Shown here piece by piece: positions 30,492 to 40,856 of a DNA stretch of 64,000 nt. The first letter of the stretch is position 1. Each line of letters opens with the position of its first letter. The notes beneath the pieces were generated by a model that saw only the letters and a program-made list of their open reading frames with translations, made no database searches and was not told where the DNA came from. The translations under genes were made by a program, and so were the position numbers. The stretch comes from Gammaproteobacteria bacterium (GTDB lineage Bacteria; Pseudomonadota; Gammaproteobacteria; Ga0077536): positions 2,400,001-2,464,000 of the forward strand of contig CAXXLL010000002.1 of NCBI GenBank assembly GCA_963662545.2. Reading direction: 5' to 3'.

Positions 30492-31435
30492 GAATTTAGC
30501 CAGTTGAGATACTCCCGCACCCCGTCAGCCACGGTACGAAAATTACCTTCGTAGCCGGCCGCCCTGAGCCGCGACAAGTCCGCCTGCGTGAACGCCTGAT
30601 ACGACGTGATCAGTTCAGGCGGAAATTCACTATATTCCGTGGCACCCGTTCCATACCAATCGATTACGGCTTTGGCAACGGCATTGAAAGTTTCAGCGCG
30701 GCCTGTACCGCAATTATAAATCCCAGACTTGCCTGGCCCCTGCTTGCCGAACCAGAGCGTAACGTCCACCACATCGTCTACGTAAACGAAGTCACGTCTT
30801 TGCTCACCGTCAGCGTAACCGTGAGATCCCCGGAACAAACGCACGGCACTGTGCGAACGCATCTGATCATTGAGGTGCCAAGCAACGCTCGCCATGCGTC
30901 CTTTATGCTGCTCACGCGGGCCATAAACGTTGAAATAACGCAGTCCGGCAACCAGCGAATCGGTATCGTCCAGCCGCCGTCGGACGTACTGATCGAACGC
31001 CAGCTTCGAATACCCGTAGACGTTCAAAGGATGCTCGCATCGTGGGGCTTCCTCGAAGCGTTTACCGTTGCCATAGACCGCCGCACTCGAGGCATAAACC
31101 AGAGCGATGCCGTTACGCGTACAGAAATCGAAAGTTGCCCTGGAACAGGTGAAATTGTTATCCATCATGGTTCGCCCGTTCCACTGAGCAGTATCGGAAC
31201 ACGCGCCCAGATGATAGACACAATCCACGTTTCGTCCGATGGCCCCGTCGGACCCAAGCAGGGCTCGCCATTCGTCTTTGTCGAGATAATCGGCAATGAT
31301 GCAGTCTGCAATATTCGCGATCTTGCGGCCGTCCGTCAGGTCATCGACAACAATGAGATCTTCCCGCCCCGACTCATTGAGTTTCTTCAGCAGGTTACTC
31401 CCGATAAAACCGGCGCCGCCCGTTACGACGATCAA
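30488..31435 (-). CDS. hldD: ADP-L-glycero-D-manno-heptose 6-epimerase
   Basis: VTGGAGFIGSN, YASSAAVYG, YGYSK, LRYFNVYGPREQHKGRMASV. Confidence 0.96.
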   Translation of the reverse strand: MIVVTGGAGFIGSNLLKKLNESGREDLIVVDDLTDGRKIANIADCIIADYLDKDEWRALLGSDGAIGRNVDCVYHLGACSDTAQWNGRTMMDNNFTCSRATFDFCTRNGIALVYASSAAVYGNGKRFEEAPRCEHPLNVYGYSKLAFDQYVRRRLDDTDSLVAGLRYFNVYGPREQHKGRMASVAWHLNDQMRSHSAVRLFRGSHGYADGEQRRDFVYVDDVVDVTLWFGKQGPGKSGIYNCGTGRAETFNAVAKAVIDWYGTGATEYSEFPPELITSYQAFTQADLSRLRAAGYEGNFRTVADGVREYLNWLNS

Positions 31436-32871
31436 GCACGTTCTCCGCTAAGGCGCGCGACGCGCGCGATCAGGTCGCTGGTCGAATGCTCCGCATGATA
31501 CTCGAGCGTCATTACCCTACCGCCTGCAGCGATCACCTCCTCAGCTCCAGCGATATCTGCAATCTCATAATCACCGCCCTTCACGAGCAGATCGGGTAGC
31601 AAATCTGCGATCAGCGCTTGGGGCGTCGCGTCCGAAAACGATATGACCCAGTCGACGGAGCTCAAGGCCGACAAAACCTGCATGCGGGATTCCAGGTCAT
31701 TGACCGGCCGGCCGCGACCTTTCAATTGCGTCACCGAATTATCGTCGTTCACAGCGACTACGAGACGGTTTCCGAGAGCGGCCGCCGCTTTGAGGTAGCG
31801 GACATGACCCGCATGGATGATATCGAAGCAGCCGTTTGTCAGGACCACCGATTCACCACGGCGCCGCGCATTCGCCATCTCTTCGATCAGGCCCGCGTTA
31901 TCCATTACACCGCGCCTCAATCCAGCGCGACGAGCCAATTCTTTATCGATCTCATCGCGGCTTACCGTCGCCGTCCCGAGCTTCCCAACGACGAGACCTG
32001 CCGCCGCATTCGCCATCGTCACCGCATTGACAAGATCGTTGCCAGCCGCCATTGCGACCGCCATCACCGCGCTGACCGTGTCGCCCGCACCCGTTACGTC
32101 GTATACGTCGCGCGCCTGCGCCTGCAGGTGAACGGCCTCCCCCGATGCGGGAATCAGCGTCATTCCGTCTTCTCCCTGGGTCACCAGCACGGCTTCGAGA
32201 TCGAGGTCGCAACACAGGTCAACGGCTTTGCTCGCAATCTCCCGATCATTCAAACAATGGCCGACGACCGCTTCGAATTCGCGCAAGTTGGGCGTAATCA
32301 ACGTGGCGCCCGCGTAGCGGCCGAAATCCGTGCCCTTGGGATCAACGATGATCGGTTTGTCCGCACCGACGGCAGCGGCGATGATGTCAGGCACCCGGGT
32401 CACGGAGCCCTTGGCGTAATCAGAAACGACCAAGATATCCGCCGCTTCGAGCTGCCGACGTACTGCTTCGAGAATGTCGCCGGACAAATCTACCGGGGCT
32501 TTTTCTTCAAAATCCACCCGGATCAACTGCTGATGTTGACTGATCACCCGGAGCTTTACGTTTGTCGGGCACCCCTGGGTTCTGACCACGTCCGTCTCGA
32601 TGCCGCATGCTCGACACAATTCGAGGAGTGTGTCACCGCGGTCGTCGCAGCCGAGCACCCCCACGAGCGTGGTTCGGGCACCTAGCGAAACCGTGTTGGC
32701 GGCGACGTTGGCCGCACCGCCGATGCGTTCCTCGACATGGGTGATACGGACGATAGGGACCGGTGCTTCAGGAGAAATTCGCTGCGTGGCGCCGTACCAG
32801 TAGCGGTCCAAAATCAGGTCGCCGACGACCAGCACTTTTGCTGATTTCATTTCAAGTAATCGCCGGTCCAT
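31432..32871 (-). CDS. hldE: Bifunctional heptose 7-phosphate kinase / heptose 1-phosphate adenylyltransferase
   Basis: RISPEAPVP, DVTGAGDT, TNGCFDIIHAGH; start 32871 inferred. Confidence 0.96.
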   Translation of the reverse strand: MDRRLLEMKSAKVLVVGDLILDRYWYGATQRISPEAPVPIVRITHVEERIGGAANVAANTVSLGARTTLVGVLGCDDRGDTLLELCRACGIETDVVRTQGCPTNVKLRVISQHQQLIRVDFEEKAPVDLSGDILEAVRRQLEAADILVVSDYAKGSVTRVPDIIAAAVGADKPIIVDPKGTDFGRYAGATLITPNLREFEAVVGHCLNDREIASKAVDLCCDLDLEAVLVTQGEDGMTLIPASGEAVHLQAQARDVYDVTGAGDTVSAVMAVAMAAGNDLVNAVTMANAAAGLVVGKLGTATVSRDEIDKELARRAGLRRGVMDNAGLIEEMANARRRGESVVLTNGCFDIIHAGHVRYLKAAAALGNRLVVAVNDDNSVTQLKGRGRPVNDLESRMQVLSALSSVDWVISFSDATPQALIADLLPDLLVKGGDYEIADIAGAEEVIAAGGRVMTLEYHAEHSTSDLIARVARLSGERA

Positions 32872-32952
32872 TGCTTCTTCGCAGCACCGTGAATGCAGCC
32901 GCCCGGAACGGGTTTGACTTGCCATTTAGGGCCAGAATTCTAACATGGCTGC

Positions 32953-33693
32953 ATGAATGCACTCAGAATTTCGCGCTGGCTCATGCTCCTGCTCGTCGCC
33001 GTGGTCCCCCGGCATGGAGCGGCGATCGAGATCGCGCCCTATAACGCGGTCTATGACATTTCTAAAGGCGTGCTCAAACTCGGAACCATGCGGCGGCATC
33101 TCGATTTCGGTCGCAGCGGCGCATACATCTTCGAGTCGCGTATCGAAATGCGCGGGCTCGCCACGCTCTTCGGCGCCGACGAAATCAGCGAAACGAGTCG
33201 CGGCCGCTTCGACGGAGCGCGATTCCTCCCGGAGCATTACGAATACGAGAGAACCGGCGGCAAACGCAATTTTTCATTGCATTTCAACTACCAAACGGGA
33301 ATCGTCCGAAGCTCCGACCGAGCTAGCGACTGGGTTGCCGAAATGCCGGTCAACGTCCTCGACAAGCTGGTCTATCAGGCGCAGCTTATGGTCGATCTGA
33401 GCGCCGCGCCGGATTCATTGAATTACGATATTGCCGACCAGGGTAAACTAAAAAAATACGTCATCAGGAACCTCGGCTGGGAAAAAATTCAAACGACCGC
33501 CGGCCACTTCGATACCATCAAGCTGCAGCGCTCGAAGGAAGGTTCGAAGCGCCAGACTACAGTGTGGTGTGCCGCCGAGTTAGCCTGGATACCGATCAAA
33601 GTCGAACATCGCGATAAGAAAGGCCGTCTTACCACCGCCCTCCTACGATCGATCGAGCAACACTCACTCGTCGTCGATTCGAGCAAGCAGTGA
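32953..33693 (+). CDS. DUF3108-like secreted protein
   Basis: Signal peptide; E.IQTTAGHFDTIKL and T.VWCA.EL.WIP.KV patterns. Confidence 0.75.
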   Translation: MNALRISRWLMLLLVAVVPRHGAAIEIAPYNAVYDISKGVLKLGTMRRHLDFGRSGAYIFESRIEMRGLATLFGADEISETSRGRFDGARFLPEHYEYERTGGKRNFSLHFNYQTGIVRSSDRASDWVAEMPVNVLDKLVYQAQLMVDLSAAPDSLNYDIADQGKLKKYVIRNLGWEKIQTTAGHFDTIKLQRSKEGSKRQTTVWCAAELAWIPIKVEHRDKKGRLTTALLRSIEQHSLVVDSSKQ

Positions 33694-36504
33694 TTCAGCT
33701 TCTTTTCGAAAGGAAAATTCCTCGTGCTGCGACAGGATCGCTTGGAGTTGTTTGCGCGCGGCGTTTGACTGCCCGGAATCAGATAGCGCGCTCGCCAGAT
33801 GGTAGGCGATGTCCGGATTGTCGGGGGCGATTTCGAGTGCTTTGCGCAACAGGTCCAAGCCCTGTTCGTGCTGCTCTTGCGAAAACAAAATCCATCCATA
33901 GGTGTCCATGATCTCCGGTTGTCCCGGCGCCAGCTCGTGCGCACGCCGGGCGAGATCCAAGGCCCTGTCGTCCTCGGCTTCGTGGTACAACCAGGCAAGG
34001 TTGTTGAGCACGACCGGGTTTTTGCCCTGCGCCTGCAGCATGCGCTCGTACTCCGGAATCGCGTCCGATCCGGCGCCGCGCTGCTGCAGATACGAGGCAT
34101 GGACCAAGCGCACCTGGAAATCGTCCGGGTGCTTGTCTAACCATCTCACGAGGCGATCACCGCCGCGTCCCGAAGCCCGCTCAACGCCGTCGAGTTTCAT
34201 GACATTCGCCGAAGTCGGCACCATCTCGTGGGCGCGGGCATATGCCTCGATGGCGTGCTCGAGCTCTTTCTGAGCCGCGTGCATGTCGCCCTGCAGCTCG
34301 TGTCCCGCGGCTGCGTTTTCTTTACTCAACAACAGGGATTCGACGATCGAGCGGGCCGCGTCGAAATCCTTGCGTCGGATTGCCAGACGTCCCAGCAGAA
34401 TCTTGGCGCCGACGTTATCCGGTGCAGCCCGGGCAATACGTTTGAGCGTTTCGGTCAGACCCTGCTCGTCACCGAGCTGATTGTAGATATTGGCGAGCAG
34501 TTCCAAGCCCTGCAGTGAATCCGGTATTCGAGCCGTCAGTGCCCGGGCAGCTTGCAGCGCCTCGTCGAACGATCTGATCTGCAGCATAATCGAGGCGTAT
34601 TCCGCCTGAACCTGCACCGCAAACGGTGCCAGGCGATACGCTTCTTTTACGAGGGTTTCGGCGAGCGTCAGACTATTTCTAGCGCGGTAGTGCTTGGCGA
34701 GCAACAGCCGCGGGGCGACGGCGTCAGGATTGTGTTCTCGTGCGAGCTGCCAAAGGCGTTCGGCTTCATCGAGGTCGCCGTCCTGCAAGGCCAACGCGGC
34801 CAGGCCCATCAGGGCAAACGGGTGGAACGTCTCGATGTTGAGCACTTCCTGGAACCGCTTTGCGGCCAGCTCCAGGTCGCCCGCGTTGACGGCCAAGCGC
34901 GCCAGGTTAATGCGCGCCGGGTGAAAATTCTGATCGTAGCTGAGAGCGGTATCGTAGGCTTGGGCAGCGCCGTCTAAATCACCGCTGAGTTCAAGAATGT
35001 AGCCGTGAACATTTTGCCCCAGAGCACTTTCCGGACGTTTCGCCAGGAGGCCCTGCGTTACGGCAAGTGCCTTGTCCGGTTTCTGCTGCGCGACATAGGC
35101 AAGCGCCAGCATGATATCGGCCTGTACGAAATCGGGAGTTTCCTCGATAATCGCTTCGAGGTCGCTGATCGCCTCCTCAATTTTACCCGAGGAAATCTTG
35201 CTCAGCGCCAATTGGGTGCGGATCGGCACCGAATCGGGAGCTAGTTCGGCGGCACGTTCGAGACTGTCCTGACTGTCCTCGAACTTGCCGTGCTTTAAAT
35301 ATGCCGTGCCGAGTAAAGCGAGCAATCCTGGGTCTTGTATCGACTCGCCGGAGCGCGCTGCTTTACCGATTTCTTCGAGACCGTCGAGTCGACCGGACGC
35401 GAGCTGAATGGCACCGATCATACGTCGGGCTGCTGCGTTATTAGGTTCAATTTCGAGCAGACGGCTGACGTAGTCTTGCGCACGCGTAAATTCACCTTGG
35501 GTGAAATGCACTTTTGCAGCCATCACCAGGCTCTCGCGGTGCATGGGAGCTACCTGCAGCACCCTGCGCAGTTCGCGTAGCGCCGAATTGTGATCACCCC
35601 TCTCATCGGCGATCCGCGCGCGCAGAAAATTCACGCGCGGGTCTACCGCTTCTCTTTTGCCTGTTTCGTCCAGATGATTCGACGCCAGGTCGAGTTCGCC
35701 CAGGATAAGGAATGCCCGGGCTATGCCCATGTGCGCCATCGGATTCTGGGGGGACAGATCGAGCGCTCGCTGGAAGGAATCTCGCGCCGCTTCAGCGTTT
35801 TTTTCATATAAATCGAGTTCACCCTTGATGATCCATAATTCCGGATCGGACGACTTAGATATGAGCAGGGTCTCAACTTCGCTTCGAGCGAGCGCCGCGT
35901 TGCCCGCGGAAAGCTCAGCCCGCATCAGGCCGCGCCGGGCCTGTTCGTTTTCGGGGTCCTCGGCAAGAACGTCTTTGAAAGCCGCCCGTGCGTCTTCCAA
36001 GCGCTGCTGGGCCAGGTCCAGCATGCCGCGCAGTATCAGCCATTTCGGTTTTGTCGTGTCGCCGTATATCGCGATTTCCGTAGCCGCTTCGTCGAACTTT
36101 CCCGTGACGATCATCGACTGCACGATTCCGAGGTCGACCTCCACGCTTCGCTCACCCATTTCCCTCGCCTTTTCCAGTTCTTTTAATGCCGCGGCGGGGT
36201 TTCCGGATTCGAGATAAGCACGCCCGAGAAGGAATCTCGCGCCGGCGTCTGTCTTGTCGCGCGAGACGACGTTTTTGAGATTGATGATCGCGCTCGAAAA
36301 ATCGCCCGCGGCGAACTGCTGCTCGGCCTCAGCAATCAACTCACTCGGATCTATCCGCCCTTGCAAGCGAAGAAAGACGGCCACGGCTATTACCGCGACG
36401 GCAAGTACCAAGACCGCCGCGATCGTCCGTTTGCGAGCCGGCCGCTTGCGTTTCTTACGCGACGCCGTCCCTTTTTCGCGATCACTCATTACTTTATTCC
36501 GCAC
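33664..36504 (-). CDS. Large membrane-anchored TPR protein (PrsT-like)
   Basis: N-terminal TM helix, AIINLKN, ARFLLGRAYL, VLNNLAWLY, DTYGWIL; many TPRs. Confidence 0.8.
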   Translation of the reverse strand: MRNKVMSDREKGTASRKKRKRPARKRTIAAVLVLAVAVIAVAVFLRLQGRIDPSELIAEAEQQFAAGDFSSAIINLKNVVSRDKTDAGARFLLGRAYLESGNPAAALKELEKAREMGERSVEVDLGIVQSMIVTGKFDEAATEIAIYGDTTKPKWLILRGMLDLAQQRLEDARAAFKDVLAEDPENEQARRGLMRAELSAGNAALARSEVETLLISKSSDPELWIIKGELDLYEKNAEAARDSFQRALDLSPQNPMAHMGIARAFLILGELDLASNHLDETGKREAVDPRVNFLRARIADERGDHNSALRELRRVLQVAPMHRESLVMAAKVHFTQGEFTRAQDYVSRLLEIEPNNAAARRMIGAIQLASGRLDGLEEIGKAARSGESIQDPGLLALLGTAYLKHGKFEDSQDSLERAAELAPDSVPIRTQLALSKISSGKIEEAISDLEAIIEETPDFVQADIMLALAYVAQQKPDKALAVTQGLLAKRPESALGQNVHGYILELSGDLDGAAQAYDTALSYDQNFHPARINLARLAVNAGDLELAAKRFQEVLNIETFHPFALMGLAALALQDGDLDEAERLWQLAREHNPDAVAPRLLLAKHYRARNSLTLAETLVKEAYRLAPFAVQVQAEYASIMLQIRSFDEALQAARALTARIPDSLQGLELLANIYNQLGDEQGLTETLKRIARAAPDNVGAKILLGRLAIRRKDFDAARSIVESLLLSKENAAAGHELQGDMHAAQKELEHAIEAYARAHEMVPTSANVMKLDGVERASGRGGDRLVRWLDKHPDDFQVRLVHASYLQQRGAGSDAIPEYERMLQAQGKNPVVLNNLAWLYHEAEDDRALDLARRAHELAPGQPEIMDTYGWILFSQEQHEQGLDLLRKALEIAPDNPDIAYHLASALSDSGQSNAARKQLQAILSQHEEFSFRKEAESLLARIDDE

Positions 36505-36529
36505 TCCGCATTCGCTGCGGAACTTCGTT

Positions 36530-37255
36530 TCAAATCTTGTCCGCCTGCAACATGTTGATCAGTTCTGCTACAGGTATGTAGCCACCGATTTGCTCCCCTT
36601 CATCAGTGTACACGGCGGGCGTTCCCGATACGCCCATCGCCTGGCCCATACCGAATTGTTCGGCGACTGGATGGTCGCAGCTTTTCGCATACACGGGTTT
36701 GCCGGCTTTCGCAGCAGTCATCGCTTTCTTTCGATCTGCAGAGCACCACACGGCCGCCGCTTTCTTGAACGAGTCACCTTCGAGCCCGGATCGCGGAAAC
36801 GCTAGATAACGAATCGCAATTCCCGCTTTATTCAGCTCGGCCATCTCACGATGCATCTTGCGGCAATAGGTGCAATCGACGTCGGTGTAAACGTACAAAG
36901 TCTTCTTGAGGTCGGGCTTGCGTGGCGCGAACTCTACATAGTCGTGGGGATCCAAGCGGTTGAACACGTCTTTTCTGGCCGATGCCCGCTTTTCGTCGGA
37001 CACGTTGACGCGCTTGTCGAGGTCGATGATATCGCCACGCATGACGTATCGGCCATCTTCACTCATATAGATTAGCGATGGCCCCAGCATGATTTCATAG
37101 ATGCCCTTGATAGGCGAAGGAGATACTGACGTCACCGTGGTGTCATCGAAAAACTGTTGGACTTTTGCTTTCAAGCGCTCGGTCACCGCGTCGGCGGCGG
37201 CGGCCTCCAAAGATACGGCGGCCGCAAAGAAGAGCATTACTAAACACTTCATCAT
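36530..37255 (-). CDS. dsbC: Thiol:disulfide isomerase DsbC
   Basis: YTDVDCTYCRKMH, RYLAFPR, GVSGTP, GGY; start inferred at MMKCLV. Confidence 0.93.
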   Translation of the reverse strand: MMKCLVMLFFAAAVSLEAAAADAVTERLKAKVQQFFDDTTVTSVSPSPIKGIYEIMLGPSLIYMSEDGRYVMRGDIIDLDKRVNVSDEKRASARKDVFNRLDPHDYVEFAPRKPDLKKTLYVYTDVDCTYCRKMHREMAELNKAGIAIRYLAFPRSGLEGDSFKKAAAVWCSADRKKAMTAAKAGKPVYAKSCDHPVAEQFGMGQAMGVSGTPAVYTDEGEQIGGYIPVAELINMLQADKI

Positions 37256-37699
37256 TTCCCTACCTCGAGTGGGCCAGAACGGCATTCTAGCAGGCTGTCG
37301 GACATCGAATGAACCTGCTCGGTAACTGCTCCTGCGTTGCTCGACCGAGTGCATCCATGCAGTCGTACGGCCTGGGCGAGCGGTTCAGATGCGCCATGGT
37401 TTTGTTCAGCGCATCCCTGCGCTTCATCGGTAAGAAGATGACGTGAACATCTATTTCCGACGAATTTTTATTCACAATGTCCCGCAGCTCACCGCAAACC
37501 GTCGCGCATCCGTTCTCACTTTCCCACGCGCATCGCGACTAGCCACCAAAGTCCGACGGCTACTACTGGGACTGCTTCGCTCCGCGCGTGTTCCCGCATC
37601 ACCGGTAATTCCATCTATAATCCCGGGAAGCGCCACAAGACACTACCTAGAGAAATATGCCACCCGCCGCTCCTTGCGTACCCCGATACCGCCCGAACT

Positions 37700-39010
37700 A
37701 TGAGCAGCACTGACAGCGACAGCCTGGAAGGATCCTCGCTCGGCAAGTATCAGATCCTGAAAAAGATCGGCGCCGGCAACATGGCATCGGTCTATCTCGG
37801 TCACGACCCTTTCATCGATCGCCCGGTCGCCATCAAGGTCGCCAGTCCGGACAAGCTTCCCGGGGATGACGACGGCGAACTCTACAAGCAATTGTTCTTC
37901 AACGAGGCGCAAACCGCGGGACTGTTGAAGCATCCGAATATCACCGCCATCTACGACGCGGGTGTGGACCGTGACTGTTATTACATCGTCATGGAATATG
38001 TTCACGGCGGAGATACCCTCGAGCGTCACACCATGATCGACGACCTGCTTCCAGTAGAGGTGGTTACTTCGATTCTTTATCAATGTGCCATGGCGCTCGA
38101 ATACGCGCACAAAAAGGGTGTGGTGCATCGAGATATCAAACCCCGAAACATCCTGATGACCGAGGAGCTAGAAGCGAAGATCACGGACTTTGGCGTGGCC
38201 GTAGCGCCGAGCCGCCACGCCGGCACCTCACCAAAGCACGCCGGCTCCCCTTTGTACATGTCCCCTGAACAGATACGCCGCGAGGAGGCCGTGGCGGGCA
38301 GCGACCTTTTTTCGCTCGGCATTGTTGCCTATGAATTACTCACCGGGAAACACCCGTTTAAAGCGGGAAGTATCGATGCGATCGAGTATCAGGTACTGAA
38401 CACCAACGCGGTGCCGCTGGACGAGTTGCGCGACGACATCCCAGCGATATACCAGCGGATAGTCGACAAGGCCCTCGCGAAAAACGTAGATCAGCGCTAC
38501 AAGTCGGGTCTCGATATGGCCGGCGACATATCGCTTGTCTACGACTTTCTGAAGCAATCGTCGTTCAAACTGACGCAGCAGGAAAAGTACAACCAGGTCG
38601 AAGCGCTGCACTTTTTTAAGGACTTTCAAGATGCGGACTTATGGGAGCTGATCAACGCAGCGGAATGGCTGCGGCTCAAGAAGGACAAGGAAATCGTCGA
38701 AGAGGGGCAGACCGACACCTCGTTCTATGTACTCATCAACGGCGAAGTGTCGGTCAACAAGGGCGGACGCGAAATCGTTCGCCTTGAACCCGGCGATTGC
38801 TTCGGCGAGATGGGTATGATTTCCCGTCGTCCACGTACGGCGACCATTATCGCGGCAACGGAAGTGCTAGTAATGAAATTACGCGACTCCGTGATCGATC
38901 GGACCTCTATCAACTGCCAATTGCGTTTTCAGCGGCAGTTCCTGATTGCTCTCATCGAGCGGCTAGAACATGCGACTGAACTGATCGCAATCGGCGACAA
39001 CGACCGCTGA
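37700..39010 (+). CDS. Hanks-type Ser/Thr kinase with C-terminal cyclic-nucleotide-binding domain
   Basis: IGAGNMA, VAIK, HRDIKPRN, DFG, YMSPEQ; GDCFGEMG...PRTA. Confidence 0.93.
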   Translation: MSSTDSDSLEGSSLGKYQILKKIGAGNMASVYLGHDPFIDRPVAIKVASPDKLPGDDDGELYKQLFFNEAQTAGLLKHPNITAIYDAGVDRDCYYIVMEYVHGGDTLERHTMIDDLLPVEVVTSILYQCAMALEYAHKKGVVHRDIKPRNILMTEELEAKITDFGVAVAPSRHAGTSPKHAGSPLYMSPEQIRREEAVAGSDLFSLGIVAYELLTGKHPFKAGSIDAIEYQVLNTNAVPLDELRDDIPAIYQRIVDKALAKNVDQRYKSGLDMAGDISLVYDFLKQSSFKLTQQEKYNQVEALHFFKDFQDADLWELINAAEWLRLKKDKEIVEEGQTDTSFYVLINGEVSVNKGGREIVRLEPGDCFGEMGMISRRPRTATIIAATEVLVMKLRDSVIDRTSINCQLRFQRQFLIALIERLEHATELIAIGDNDR

Positions 39011-39035
39011 GGAAAGGCGACCTGTCTTTGTTTAA

Positions 39036-39066
39036 AACCTGTCTCATAATGATCCGCGTGTGCGCT
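39036..39066. repeat. Solo family C left end
   Basis: TTAA then AACCTGTCTCATAATGATCCGCGTGTGCG resembles 3202 AACCTATCTCAGACTTATTCGCCTGTGCG. Confidence 0.55.
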
Positions 39067-39089
39067 GAACGGAATACCCGCTGAACGCA

Positions 39090-40841
39090 ATGCAGCTCAT
39101 TTCCGTCGAGAGAACCGTCAATCTGCTCGTCAAGCAGGGCGCGTTATCCAAAAATCAAGTGGCCCAGATTACCCGGGCTACGATTCCCGACGACCAACGT
39201 CATCCATTCGTTCAGATCGCAGATCTCGGCCTGCAGACAAGTGGCAACTCGCGCGAGCCGCTATCGCTTGAAGCAGTGACGCGATTGTGTGCAGATGCAT
39301 GCGGCATACCCTATTTTAGAATTGACCCACTGAAAACCGAAGTGGAAGCGGTCACCTCGTTGTTGTCCCAGGCCTACGCCACTCGCTTCGATTTCCTGCC
39401 GGTGGTCGTGAACGCTCGCGAAGTCACCATCGCGACGGCCGATCCGTTCTCCGATGAATGGGAAAACGAGGTTGCGCGCGTGCTCAATCGCAAAGTCGTG
39501 CGTGTCCTCGCTAATCCCAAGGATATCGAGCGGTACCGGCGTGAATTCTATGGGGTCAGCCGCTCGATATCGGGCGCCAGCAACAAAAGTGTCCAGAACG
39601 ACGCAAGCATTGTCAGCAATTTCGAACAGCTGACGGAACTCGGGAAAGTGGGCGAGCCCGACGCTAACGACCGACACATCGTGCATCTTGTGGACTGGCT
39701 ATTGCAGTACGCGTTCGACCAACGGGCAAGCGACATCCATATCGAACCGCGGCGCGAACAAAGCAACATCCGTTTCCGGATCGACGGCGTACTCCATTTG
39801 ATCCATCAGCTGCCCACCGCGGTAATCGGCGCTATTACCAGCCGGATCAAATCACTCGGGCGTATGGATATCGCTGACAAGCGCAGACCGCAGGACGGGC
39901 GGGTGCGCACCAAAACGCCCGCCGGACAAGAAGTGGAACTGCGCTTGTCAACAATGCCTACGACATTTGGCGAAAAACTCGTATTGCGCATATTTGACCC
40001 CGAAAAGCTCGCACAACCGATTGAAAATCTCGGATTTACCAAGCACGACTTGACCCTGTGGAACGACATCGTGAGTCAGCCTCACGGCGTGATCCTGGTG
40101 ACCGGTCCCACGGGCTCGGGCAAAACCACAACCCTGTACTCCGCTTTAAAGCGCCTCGCGTGTCCAGAAATCAACGTCTGCACCATTGAAGATCCGATCG
40201 AAATGGTCGAGCCGCAGTTCAATCAAATGCAGGTCCAACCGACAGCTGATATCGACTTCGCGCGCGGTGTGCGTACGCTGCTTCGCCAGGATCCGGACGT
40301 CATCATGATCGGCGAGATACGCGACCTGGAAACAGCCGAGGTCGCTATACAGGCAGCGCTGACCGGCCACCTCGTACTCTCGACCCTGCACACCAACGAT
40401 GCACCGGCAGCGATCACACGATTAATGGACATTGGCGTCCAGCCTTACCTCATCGGCGCCACTCTACTAGGCGTTGTCGCCCAGCGCCTCGTCCGAACTT
40501 TGTGCCCGCATTGCAAGCAACGCGGCACGATCTCCAAGGAAGCCTGGAACGGCCTGGTGAGTCCAACCCGCGTGAAATGTCCGGACGTAACGATGATCGC
40601 GAAAGGCTGCGACGAATGCCGCCACACTGGCTTCCGCGGCCGCGAAGGTATCTACGAAATACTCAAGGTTAACGAAACACTTTCCGCCTTGATACGGCCG
40701 CATGCAAACAGTGCCGAACTTCGTCGAGTCGCACTGGAACAAGGGATGCGGCCCTTAATGATCTCGGGTGCGAACAAAATAGCCGCGGGCAAGACCACCC
40801 TCGAAGAAGTGATCAGCGTCGTTCCGCCGACCGCGGGCTAG
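39090..40841 (+). CDS. GspE/PulE/PilB family secretion ATPase
   Basis: ASDIHIEP, GPTGSGKT, TIEDPIE, LRQDPDVIMIGEIRD, TGHLVLSTLHTND, CPHC/CDEC. Confidence 0.93.
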   Translation: MQLISVERTVNLLVKQGALSKNQVAQITRATIPDDQRHPFVQIADLGLQTSGNSREPLSLEAVTRLCADACGIPYFRIDPLKTEVEAVTSLLSQAYATRFDFLPVVVNAREVTIATADPFSDEWENEVARVLNRKVVRVLANPKDIERYRREFYGVSRSISGASNKSVQNDASIVSNFEQLTELGKVGEPDANDRHIVHLVDWLLQYAFDQRASDIHIEPRREQSNIRFRIDGVLHLIHQLPTAVIGAITSRIKSLGRMDIADKRRPQDGRVRTKTPAGQEVELRLSTMPTTFGEKLVLRIFDPEKLAQPIENLGFTKHDLTLWNDIVSQPHGVILVTGPTGSGKTTTLYSALKRLACPEINVCTIEDPIEMVEPQFNQMQVQPTADIDFARGVRTLLRQDPDVIMIGEIRDLETAEVAIQAALTGHLVLSTLHTNDAPAAITRLMDIGVQPYLIGATLLGVVAQRLVRTLCPHCKQRGTISKEAWNGLVSPTRVKCPDVTMIAKGCDECRHTGFRGREGIYEILKVNETLSALIRPHANSAELRRVALEQGMRPLMISGANKIAAGKTTLEEVISVVPPTAG

Positions 40842-40856
40842 GCCGTTTCGCCCTTC

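Noticed and set aside
31618-32685. Long antisense ORFs (this one and others such as 49159-50073)
   Set aside because: They are shadows of real genes on the opposite strand, as expected in GC-rich DNA.
37287-37475. 62 aa ORF upstream of dsbC
   Set aside because: No motif or clear RBS; it cannot be supported from sequence alone.
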